Shown: positions 47,878-59,479 of the stretch, piece after piece | How positions within the stretch are numbered: position 1 is the first letter of the stretch | How the letters are laid out: every line of letters starts with the position of its first letter | Assembly (NCBI GenBank): GCA_032718475.1 | Contig: JAUCBJ010004194.1 | Coordinates: 1 to 64,000, forward strand | From: Nemertoderma westbladi | Taxonomy: Eukaryota; Animalia; Xenacoelomorpha | DNA length: 64,000 nucleotides | Reading direction: 5' to 3' | Notes under the pieces: model-generated | Databases searched by the model: none | The model's input: the letters and a program-made list of their open reading frames with translations, nothing else | Told to the model about the DNA's origin: nothing | Program-made: the position numbers and the translations under genes

Positions 47878-50800
47878 TGACTGATATTTCTCACGAACTA
47901 CTTGCTTTACTTCATGATTTTGGATTTCGAAACAGGATTTCGCATACTTGCTGTACCGGTTTTGCCTAACTTACACAGTACAGCAGTATTAAGAACGTGG
48001 GCTTACCCTACTATTTATATTTCACTTCTTCGCGTGAATGCCAACTTCACTATGGCGCGCGCAGCGGAGCCTGATATCTGCAACTGCAATCATATAAAGA
48101 ACGACATACTTGCCTACATCTGGGTATCTCACATTGCCGAGGCGCAAACGCGCGATACAATAATTGCTATCGTTCAATCTTGGCCGAAGTTTAACGACGC
48201 ACTGTTGAAGGAGGCAAAGACTGTTCTCCTCGGGCTAATCCCTTCTTCGGATAGGAACAAGTCCAAGCAAAGCTTCTCTAAAGTTCGCCAGAATGGTGAC
48301 TCCTTACGGCGAAATCTGGTCGTCGACATCCTAGATATGTTCGAGTATCCGGGATTCTGTGACAGAGGTTCCGCCTCCGATAACTCTACTGCTACTCGTC
48401 TTCCTGAATTTATTCCGGTCAACCTAGCGAGTCTTCCACCGTTTTCTTTAGGCAGCGCTGACATCTCTATGCTGTGTCGAACCGTCAGCATGCTGCAGGA
48501 CAGGGTCGCTGTTCTCGAGGCAAACTACGGGCGACAGGAGGCCCCTCTTGCTTCTCAAACAGCTGCGTTATGTACAGGCAAGAAAGGTGGTTCGATCGTT
48601 ACTCCTTCTCCTTCGGAACCACGGATTCACTCCTATGCTGACAAAGCTAAAACCACGAATGCTACCTGGAATAATTCATCCGCTGCTGGTAGCATGATCG
48701 TTATTGACGATGATGATAGTTTTGCTGTTGTAGGTGCAGACGGCAAACATCGGGCGGCGAAACCCGTAGCGTCTAAGCATCCACGACCTGCCGGAAATAA
48801 CAACGTTGCTAAGTCTAACCCCGGCGGCCAAAAACCGCAACGGAGGAAGTTTATTGAAGGCGCATCTTCGTCAACTGCGCTCAGGACAGTGCAGCCTATT
48901 AGAAAACTGTATTTAACTGGGCTCGGCATCGAGGTTGTGCCTAAAGATATCGAAGCATATATAAAAGATACTGTTGATCTAAACGTTTCAGTCGAACTGG
49001 TTAATAGGGAAGGTGCCACGCAGTCTTCTTTTATCTTAATGTGCAAAGATAACGAGCGCGAAACTCTTTTTAACCCCACCACATGGCCTCGACATGCTAG
49101 AATCAACTCTTATTTCCCTCCGAAGAATCGGCGTCCGGTAGTTACACAGGTCCCTGGGTCTTCCTCGGGACTCCTGCCCAGCGGTGACTCTGTTATGTCA
49201 GGTACCCAGGGCGTCTTGACCAACATTCCGGAATCTACTCAACCAATAGGTTTGTCCACGTAGCCAACTGGGCTATATTCCATGTATTATCGTGTATTTT
49301 TAATAACCCGACATCTTTTCCTTTTTAAATATATATTTTTATACTATTAATTCCTTTTTATCATCTTACTAGTGTTTTCAATGGCGAATAATAATATGAA
49401 ACTTAGTTTAACTTCATACAATTGTAACTCAATTAAAAATGCGGCTTCGCAGAAAATTATTTTCAATTTGTGCGAATCAGGAACCGATATTTTATTCCTG
49501 CAAGAACTGTGTATAACCAAGCAGGAGCTTGGTATTGTTAATAATTTACACCCTGGTTTTCTAGGTGTTGGTGTATCTCCTGTTTGCAGTAGTTCTGGTA
49601 TACTATCCGGGCGCCCTTATGGTGGAGTAGCCGTAGTGTACAGAAACACAATTGCACACGCTGTTAACGTTATTCAATTTAATGATTCACGATTTATTGG
49701 TGCAGTTGTTAACCGTAATTTACATAAACTATTTTTACTCAATGTTTATATGCCTTACCAATGTGCAGAAAATGACACATTGTATACAAATTGCCTGGGT
49801 GAGATAAAATCCATTTATGAATCAATTGGTTTTACTAACTTTTGCATTATTTGTGATTTTAATGCTCATCCAGATATTTCGCGCTCTTTTTATGCTCATC
49901 TTACCGAATGGTGCAATAACGAGGGGTTAATAATTTTAGATATTGAACATCTGCCTTCGGACACCTTTACGTACATAAAGTGACGCACACTCCAGCACAT
50001 CTTGGCTGGATCATATTGTGTGTCCTCCATCTACTGGTAGTATTATTAGTTCAGTTTCTGTGGACTATTCACTGTCTATTAGAGACCACATGCCTCTAGT
50101 TGTAGATTTTTCAGTTTATATTTCCCCCTCGCCTGTAATTAAAGCTAATTGTACTTGTAACGCATCTCCCAGGTGCCCCAAGTTGGATTGGTGTAAGACA
50201 TCTCCTGAGTCACTTAATAATTATGCTTTTAAAGTTAAAAGTTTGTTGATAATGAATATGTAAACTGTACAGATCCACATTGCAGTAATAGTTCTCATAG
50301 AATCGATATTGATAATATTTTTAACTTTATAGTTAATACTTTAAACACTTGTGCTAATGAAACTATTAAATGTAAAACGTCTGTGTCATCTTCTAAACGC
50401 CACATCCCTGGGTGGAATGACTTTGTACGGGAGAAACATGACGACGCCAGAAATAAGTTTTATCCTGGAGATCAGCCGGGTCTCCCAGGCAAGGTTATAT
50501 TCACGATAATTATCTGCGGTCGAAAGCCAATTTTAAACGAGCGCCCAGGGCATGTAAGCGTGATGAACAGAACATACGTGATACTAAATTAGCTGAGTCT
50601 TTATTGGGCAGTACTTCAAATAAAGGTAACCCAATAAAGAACTTTTGGTCTGATGTACACAAATGTTGCTCGGAAACAACTGTACTCGGTAGTACAGTTG
50701 TTTAAAGTAGGCGACGCAGTTGGTCCCGAACAGATTTGTGGGTTGTGGAGAGATCATTTTTGTGATCTATTTAATTCAGTATCTGATGACAGTAGTAAGG

Positions 50801-52391
50801 AATTTGTAACTAATAAGTTATTGGGAACTACTTTTAGTAAAACAAATAATGTAGTAGTTAATGAAATATTTGAAGCTATTAATAGTTTGTGTAGCGGTAA
50901 GGCAATAGGCCCTGATGGCCTTGAAGCTGAGCATTTTATCCATGGGTGCTGTGTACCACTGTTGAATATTTTAACTCTATTTTTTAACTTAATTTTCAGC
51001 CATGGTTATATTCCCCAGCTTATGATGGAATCCGTTATTATTCCTTTAATAAAGGATAAAACCGGGGACCATACAAGCAAAGATAATTATAGGGGTATTT
51101 CGATAGCTACTGTTCTTAGTAAATTACTGGAAAATATTATTTTGGCACGGTGCTTGTCTTTGATGTATACGACTGATAATCAGTTTGGATTTAAGACAAA
51201 ATTAGGTACGGAATTATGTATCTTTACACTTAAGGAGATACTTAATTACTATATTTCTAACAATACGCCCATTTACGTATGTATGTTGGATGCCAGTAAA
51301 GCATTCGACAAAATAAATCATTTTAAGTTATTTAGTAAACTGATATCGCGGGGTTTTCCATTATATGTAGTCCGCATTATTTTATATTGGTATCGAGCTC
51401 AGTCGATGCATGTAATCTGGGGTGGTTTTACATCTGCTAAGTTTACTGTTACCAATGGTACTAAGCAAGGTGGTATTTTGTCGCCTTTGCTCTACAACAT
51501 TTATATCGATGATTTATGCAAGCAAATGTCCAGTGCTGATGTAGGTTGCGTTATTGATGGAACCAGGATTAATCACCTTGGTTACGCTGATGACTTATGT
51601 TTAATTTCAAACTCTATTTTTGGTTTACAGCACTTAATAGATATATGTGTTACTTACGCAAAAGGTAATTCTATAACTTTCAATAAAAAGAAAAGTAAGT
51701 GTTTATATTTGCATCCTAAGGGGTCGACAATTATTTGTCGCCCTAGTGTTTATCTTAATGGCTCTCCTATTGAAGTCGTTGAGAAGTTTAATTATCTTGG
51801 CCATATTGTACACAGTACTTTTTAGATGACGACTACGATATCAGGAATCAAACTTGTAAGCTTTATTCTAGGGGTAATTTTTTGATTCGCAAATTCGGTT
51901 CATGCCCTGTCCCCGTTAAAGTTACTTTATTTCGTGCATATTGTACACCGTTATATTGTAATGCTCTTTGGGCCAGACAAAACTATTCTGAGTCTGTTCA
52001 CAACAAACTCAAAGTAGCTTATAATAATTGTGCTAGACGGTTTTTCAATATACCCAGAGTTGTTGATGATGAAACTACTAGCATTCGATTAGCTTTAGGG
52101 TCCTTAAATGTCCCTCTTTTTATTCATATTCGTTATAGGGCGGTCGCTGGCCTTTTTTGCCGCATAACCAAACTAGATAACTACGTTCTGCGTGCCATTT
52201 GCACCATTGCCAAGGGTTCTAGAATTTGCGCAATGCGTAATACCGAATTTCTATGTAGCTAATTACGTTAATTTGTCTAATCATTTTGGTAATTTGTATA
52301 ATTTAGTGTTATGTTTACATTGGTCATTATTGTGCTCTAACTATTTTACTACTATGGAATTTATTTTTCTGAATTAAAGATTATAATAATA
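47878..52391 (+). mobile_element. Young full-length two-ORF APE LINE (RTEX-like) inserted in the satellite
   Basis: ORF1 47902/48052-49263; ORF2 from 49381 with SYNCNS, LQE, GRPYGG, DFNA, WLDH, PGWN, LDASKAFD, KQGGILSP, YADD, broken by a few lesions; (TAA)n tail. Clade assignment tentative. Confidence 0.9.
48052..49263 (+). CDS. LINE ORF1 protein (intact; coiled coil + C-terminal RRM-like region)
   Basis: LPEFIPVNLASLPP, SYADKAK, LYLTGL...SSF...LFNPTTWP typical of invertebrate LINE ORF1. Confidence 0.75.
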   Translation: MARAAEPDICNCNHIKNDILAYIWVSHIAEAQTRDTIIAIVQSWPKFNDALLKEAKTVLLGLIPSSDRNKSKQSFSKVRQNGDSLRRNLVVDILDMFEYPGFCDRGSASDNSTATRLPEFIPVNLASLPPFSLGSADISMLCRTVSMLQDRVAVLEANYGRQEAPLASQTAALCTGKKGGSIVTPSPSEPRIHSYADKAKTTNATWNNSSAAGSMIVIDDDDSFAVVGADGKHRAAKPVASKHPRPAGNNNVAKSNPGGQKPQRRKFIEGASSSTALRTVQPIRKLYLTGLGIEVVPKDIEAYIKDTVDLNVSVELVNREGATQSSFILMCKDNERETLFNPTTWPRHARINSYFPPKNRRPVVTQVPGSSSGLLPSGDSVMSGTQGVLTNIPESTQPIGLST

Positions 52392-52583
52392 ACCTGTATG
52401 ATACATAACGCAATAGTGGACCATTGCTTATGGATCACCTGGGTGATACATAGCACAGTAGTGGACCATTGCTTATTGATCACCTGGGTGATACATAGCG
52501 CAGTAATGGACCATTGCTTATGGATCTCCTGTATGATACATAACGGAGTTAGTGGTCCATTGCTTATGGATCACCTGGGTGAT
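52392..52583. repeat. 45-bp satellite, right part (~4 copies)
   Basis: Resumes in register after the LINE tail; shares the atctcctgt...cggagttagtggtcc variant with the left part. Confidence 0.95.
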
Positions 52584-52668
52584 TCAGAGCGCAATATATT
52601 AATGATACAAAATTTTTTAAAATTTGATTGACTGTAACACGTGTAACATTATAAATAATAATCAACAG

Positions 52669-52809
52669 ATGTAGATGAGTGCACTGCTGATATTCACGGA
52701 TGCACTGAAAGTGCCACTACAACTGGAAGTTGTACAAACATTGTGGGAAGCTACCAATGTGAATGTAAAGCTGAATTCACACCAACCGCCAATCCACAGA
52801 TTTGCCAAG
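52669..52809 (+). CDS. Exon 5: calcium-binding EGF domain, paralogous to exon 4
   Basis: acag|; DVDECTADIHGCTESATTTGSCTNIVGSYQCECKAEFTPTANPQICQ; |gtaata; 141 bp, phase 1-1. Confidence 0.88.
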
Positions 52810-53141
52810 GTAATAAATAAATTTGTATTACGATTATACTGTAATAATAATAATATAAAGTGGAATTGATTTAGGGAAACGCAATGAGAGTATAAAAATA
52901 ACAGCAAGCGCGATAATCGTTAACTTCATATCAATATATTAAAGTACGTAAAAACAATGAAATCATATGCACAAGTTCTAGTTTCGATTTTTACACAAAC
53001 TCATCTTAGTAATAATGTACAAAATTTAGCCTAAATGTTGCAAACTGCAAGGTTTGAATTTAAAAAGATGGCGCCAAAAAATAATAAAAAGGCGGTTACT
53101 GTTAAGCGATTACTGTATAAATCGCCAAAATATTGTAAAAA

Positions 53142-53625
53142 TATTTATTTCAAAATTGTAACATTACTCAACGCCGTTAGTATTAACAGCGAGTTGTTAT
53201 TTAGCACTTTACAACTTAAGAGGACATTGCAGCATTGTATTGGCCTGTACATTTAGTATTGTATTTGGTGTTATTGTTTACGTGGTAACCTAAGACGGCG
53301 TTAAGTAATGTCCACTAAGGGGACATTACTTAACGCCGGCATTGGTTACCACGTAAACAATAGGTGGAAATTTGCCTGACAGCCAGATAGTCCCACTGGT
53401 ACTGCATTACCTACAGGTAGGCGGGGTATAGCTATTAATAACCAGTAGCTATATTGTTAACATGGCTCCAAACGCCACCATAAATCTAAGCTAACTTATA
53501 TATGACATAATTTATGTCATTTTTACACTTAATTATACAGCAACTAATTTAATTTGTGCAGTTTCTATTACTTATAATGTATATGTACAATCATTTCGTA
53601 ATGTTACAATTTTGGAATAAAACTA
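53142..53625. mobile_element. MITE family A, copy 3 (most complete central palindrome)
   Basis: Same TIRs and body; tattgtttacgtggtaacc..ggcgttaagtaatgtcc / ggacattacttaacgcc..ggttaccacgtaaacaata. Confidence 0.85.
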
Positions 53626-54569
53626 CATACGGGTGAAACCACAAAATAGTGGCCAAGACACAGTTCCTACAATATTTCGACTTAAGATGGGTGAAATTTA
53701 ACGCGGTAAAAAGTGTTTACAAGTATAGACAGTAAAAAATGGCCAGGGAGATGTTTTGGGAAAGATAGTTTTTCATTAAGTACCAAAATTTTCGACTTAA
53801 ATCACCCAAAATCGACTTTTTGACGTGTCCACGACACAATTACAATTTAAAAAACCTGGTCCTATCGCGGTACCGCCAATAGTAGTTCATAATGTTATAC
53901 ATCAATCGATAGCTCATTAAATTTGCTACACAACGGGCATAAGTTCAAATAATACACGAGGATTTAAGGTTTGTATATAAATTGTGCGCAAAACATAGAG
54001 TGGATATTTTTTGCATGCGTGTAATGTCCCATGTTACAAAGCTTGTAATAACTCTTTTATGTCAAATATTTTGCTTTATTGAGTGCTTGTATAAAAATTC
54101 CGTGTTATTAGCAAATATGATACAAAAAGAAATGTCAAAATTCACTGAATATTCGCACATATATTAAGATTTTAGCTTTCGCAGATCGGTATGGAAAGAT
54201 GATTTTGTCCCATTACAGCACACATTCTCAGGCCCATATAGCTTTACTGTTTTCATTTCAAAACCAATGTTATATGTCTCCAGAGAGCCAATTTTATGAT
54301 TTCCTGCAACCCATGATATTGCTTTTGCGCCGCTGTGCTTTGCAAAATCCCCCACTCAGTGGTGCGAATAGTTTAATATATAATGGGATAAAGTGTCTCG
54401 TCTTGCGAGACATTTAATTATAATTACTAAAGTAAATTATCTATATTTGCAAAGGGTGAGGGTTAACAGACCCAGCGCAGAATTAACACGGTTAATAAGG
54501 CTACCCCACCCAAGCAAAAGCAATACCAATAAGTAAGGGCAGCGCAACGGCATCCAGATTTTGGTATCA

Positions 54570-57500
54570 CTATTTCGTGTGATACATGATACAATGTGAA
54601 ATAAATTCGAGGGCTTTGCACAAGTTAAGTTTATACGTACCTTCACGTGCTGCCTCAGTGGCCGCCCCTATCCGGAAGCTATGTGATTTGTAAACATTCG
54701 GAGATAAGTTAAGAAAATTGAAAACTTTGTTCATAATTGCAATGAACTGGGGGCGGTATATAGGCAAGCCGGAGGCCCAAATAAAAAATTGGCTGTGCTT
54801 GCTATTAGAAGGGCGTAATTTAATATATTCATAAACAGAAGAAATTGCAAGTTCTGATTTGTTTTTGTTTATGTGGACACGTACTGGGGTATATGGTGGT
54901 TTTTGGTATCTATAGCGTCTAATTGTGATCATAACATGATTAGGGGCCCATTCAACATCGCTAATGCTCAAAATCCATTTCCTCGGTTAACCTGGTGTTG
55001 GAGTAAATTCTCCAACACGTAGGAAACCATAAAAAGCTACTAAAAACATACATTTAATTACGTATTGTGCATAAATACCTTGATGCGGTTTAGGATTGCT
55101 TTCGTAATTGGTAAACGGGAATCTCCAACCATGTTATTTTTACCCAATCCAATCAGTGCCCTCGTAACCAAGAACGCCTTCGTTGGGTCAGCAATATTCA
55201 ATAACCGATGTGGGAGAGCTATCGCAGACATGTGGTTAGAAATTGTGGATCTTGACAATTTCTGAGAGTCTAAATACGCAATGAAACATCCCAAAACAGT
55301 TGGGTCAAGTGGTAACACGAATGGGATGTTTAGAACATCTGCGACAAAACAGCGTAATTTCTCCCATATTCGAGTATACGAATTAAGAGTTGTTTCTTCC
55401 CATGAATGCTCGATCATCTGTGTGTATCGAAGAATGAGTTCTGAGGTAGCATATGATGAGGAATTGCTGAGGGATACTTGTTGGCGGTTGGAGTGATGTC
55501 CATAAACGATTCTACCTGCAAACGAGAAAGAAGATCTGAACGAACATTCATGACACCTGGTACATGATTTGAACGAAAAAGGATATTATGTTTCATTGTA
55601 AGAATAACAAGTTTGCGTATAAGAACCATAATTAAGGATTCTTTGGAAGATTTTTTATTAAGAATGGAGACAAGTCCTTCATTGTCTGTCCTAAATATTA
55701 TTCGCTTTCCCTTTAATTCAATACCCCAGATATGTATAGCCATTACGATAGGATAGAGCTCGAGGAGAGTAATATTTGTACACTCTTTCCACCTAGGAGG
55801 CCATTCTCCATAGAACCAATGATTACGGAAGATAGCAGCATATCCCTTCATTTTGGCTGCGTCAGTGTAAAGTTTCAATGTAGTATTGGAAGTCCAATGT
55901 CGATTGAGGAACATTGTACATCCGTTATAGTGTAACAGGAAGTTCTCCCAAGCTATGAGATCTGCTCGAGCCCATGCCTTAAATCTGATTCGGTGATGCA
56001 TATGTGTAGCAGTCACGGAAAGCTGTATTAAACGTCTAAGAAAGGCTCTACCGGGAATAACAACCTGACAAGCAAAGTTTAGAAACCCAACAATAGCGAG
56101 CAAATCTCGTTTTGTAACCCACTTATTGTGTTTCATACTCTTAATAAGGCAAGACCCTTCTCTACTTTATCTTTCGGAACAACCATTTCATTTGTAAATA
56201 ACTCGATACCCAGAAAGGTAATGGTTTGGGATGGACCTTCGGTCTTATGAGAAGCTAGAGGGATGTTCGCTTTACTACAGAAATCTATAAAGATGCTGAG
56301 CTGTCTTCTGCATTCATCCTTATATCTCGCTGCCATCAGAAAATCATCTAGTATGTGTATTAAATTTGGTATTGAGAGCTTAGAACGACCTACCCATTGA
56401 ATGGCACTCGAGAATCTTTCAAAGATTTTGCAACTTGAGCTAGCTCCCATTTCCAGGCATTTATCATAATACCATTTATTGTTCCATACTGAACACATTA
56501 GATGATAATCTAATTGCGATATAGGTATAAGTCTAAAGGCTGAACATATGTCAGTCTTTGCAAGATAACACCCTGAGCCTAATTCGATAATTATATTAAT
56601 GGCATCTTCTACATGGTAGTATCTGCAGGTGGAGTCTTCATTTGAAATATTACTGTTCACTGAAAAGTCATTATATGGGGCAGAGAGATCGTGAATTAAA
56701 CGAAATTCTGAAGGAGTCTTTTTTGGTCTCACTGATAATGGGTTAACATGGCAGACTAGGAAGGGCTGGTCGTCGAATGGCCCAGCCATACGACCAGCTT
56801 TTATTTCATTTTCAAGTTTTTGTGTGACAACATTGGGATTGTTTATGGCAGACAATGAATTCCTGGTATAAGTAGAAACATTAGGCCCATTATAATCTAA
56901 ACGAAATCCATCAGTAAAACCAAAGTCTAGATAGGAGAAATCAGTAGGATTATAACCCGAGAGATAACTCTTTAGTACGTCCCATTTAATTGGTGTGGGG
57001 AGTTTGGAGGATTGGTCGACGGTTTGTACCACCTTGCGCATTATGGTACCTTCCCGTATTCCTGAATGCGGGCATTCTCCGATCCATTCCCCGTCTTTGA
57101 TAGGGTGCACCTGCAGCTGCACGTCCTCTATACGATGGACCGGATCTTTGAAAGGGCTGTTTAGTAATTACATCAGTAATTGGTTGGGTACACTTCATAA
57201 GACGGTGTGTCCCACCACCTTTAGGACAAGTGTGATTATAATCACAATATATACATTTATCTCCCTTATGGTAGGCATGGCAGTATCCGGTTGGAATGGA
57301 CATACGGCCAGTTTTTGTGGCAGTAGCTGCCATTGCGAGCTCCTGTATAGGGTTGCCCCAGTAGTACTTCGATGGGTTGTTCTGCTTACAACGCCGGAAC
57401 TTCTCGTCATAGAGTAGCCATGATCCACCATTATCCTTGATGTCTTTAAGGATTGCTGGATATTTCTTCAGCTTCCTACTTTCTTGTGGGAATTTGTCTT

Positions 57501-58250
57501 CATAAATAGCGGAGAAGATATTCCAAGCAAGTAGGCATTGTTCGAATGAGGTTATTTCATTAACACCATTATCTTCCTCGAAAACAAATGTTGACTGTTG
57601 ACTTGGGTGCTCAGTGGCAGATGTTAAGATAGGAAATCGTCGTTTTGATTTTACCGCTACTGGGTCACTCAACAATGATGCGAGATCTATAAATTTATGA
57701 TTCCAGATCTTCTCCTTTATATCTAAAGGGACATATGCATCTACCTCTACAAAAGAGCTACACTTACCTGCTAAGGATGTCGACAATGACTGCTCAGCTG
57801 CAGGGAAAGTATCAGGCACCTGCGAAAAGTTGGATGTTGACACTGCAGGACATGCAGGTAGTGTAAGGGTTGTTGGTACTGGTACACCGACTGGTGCCGT
57901 AAGTGTAGGAGGAGTAATAACTGAAGCAGCATGAATTGGTGGTGAGGTGTGATGAGTAGAAGCTGGTGTTAGACCTAACCCGGACATGTTAGATGGAGGT
58001 GCTAGCCCAGAGACTGGGTGTCCAGGTGGAATGGCTCCAGGAAAAACGGGTGGCATACCCATCCAGTAAGGGTTTGTGATTGGGGTATGACCACTTTGGC
58101 CCTAACTGAATGTATTGGGGTTGGGGAAGGATTGCGGATAATAAAAGGGCATGTATGGGTTCCACTGAGGAAAGCTCTGCTGTATTTGTGGATTAACAGT
58201 AAATTCTGTAGTGGTAGATGGCAAAGGAGCTGTTGGGCCGCCACCGAGTA
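54570..58250 (-). mobile_element. Tyrosine-recombinase retrotransposon (DIRS group, Ngaro-like): gag, RT, RNase H, YR
   Basis: gag 56986-58062 with a CCCH/CCHC-like finger; RT 56133-57122 (RLIHDLS, KTDICSAFR, ILDDF); RNase H 55414-56136 (TDAA, ELYPI, TDNE, DLLSR); YR 55058-55417 and 54570-54971 (RLPIT, GFLRVGE, HSFRIGAAT); few lesions, YR truncated. Confidence 0.92.
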
Positions 58251-59479
58251 TATGAGAAAATGATCAAAAAAAGAGAAAATAATCAAACATACTGTATAGA
58301 TATTCATTGATACTGGCCATAATACAAATATTCTATCCTGCTATTATTATTTTTTCTTTTACATTCAGTAATTTATTGCATTTGTGTATACTTTATTGTC
58401 CATTTTCTTTTTTGATAGAGGGTTATGGCCCCCTGCGCCAGTATATTTAATATTTGATTAATTCATTTGTGAATTTATCATCTTGTTTCTTTCTTGTAAT
58501 AAATATAATAATAAATAACATAATAATAATAATAAAGTAGGAGCAGAGTTCGTTGGAGTCTAAAGGGTTAAAGTGGTCACGTGATGCACATAATCGGCAA
58601 CGTTTCCTAGAAATGTAATTGGCATGCCGATAATCACATGCCGTGAGACGTTGTGGACCTTGATACCATTCCAACACATAATCGTTATCACTACTCCTGG
58701 GTGTTATGGGTTGAATTTCTTCAGATTCTAAGCAAATTGGTTCTTCTTCAACTTGCAGAGCTTCGACGGATGTAGCCATTTTCTCTAGGGAACCCACCGT
58801 TTGAACTTCCACAATAGAGTATCCTGTGGGGATTCTAGGTCTTTGCATAACAGATAAATGTAGATATCGCGCGAAATAATAATAAAATAATTATTCTACT
58901 TTGTGCTAGTTTGTTTAATATATTATGTCATACTTTTTATAGCTAAAAATGCAATATCTAAAAATTATTAAAAGCACCTCTTGTGAAAAGACCCATTAAA
59001 AAAAAATTATTGAGGTCGCTGATTATGATTAAATGATTTAATATATTTCTGGTAATTAAAACAACATTTTTAGCGCCAATCTGGTGCCCCAGAACGAAAA
59101 GTACACTAAGAAAATATTTTATTCTGTTAAATTTTGCTTTTGGTTTGGTTATTCCTAAGCTATAATGGTTTTAAAGGCCGCAGGCCTACAACTCTTTAAA
59201 AATAATTCGTGGTAACCATCGTTTTTGGTGCTTGTCTGGTGGGTCAAACAAAAAAAATAGGATGAGATTTCAAATCGCAAATATTGAATTTGGTAGGAAA
59301 TATAATATTTTTCAGTGTCACATTCATGATCAGCATCTCAGAAAACCCATAATGTCGTGTCATATTCAAAAAACCAGTAATGATTTTTGATATCAAATTT
59401 GTGCTACAAGGTGCGATATTTTTCAGTGTCATTTTCGTGATCATCATCCCTAACAGTCCCTGTCACCATTATGTTAGGT

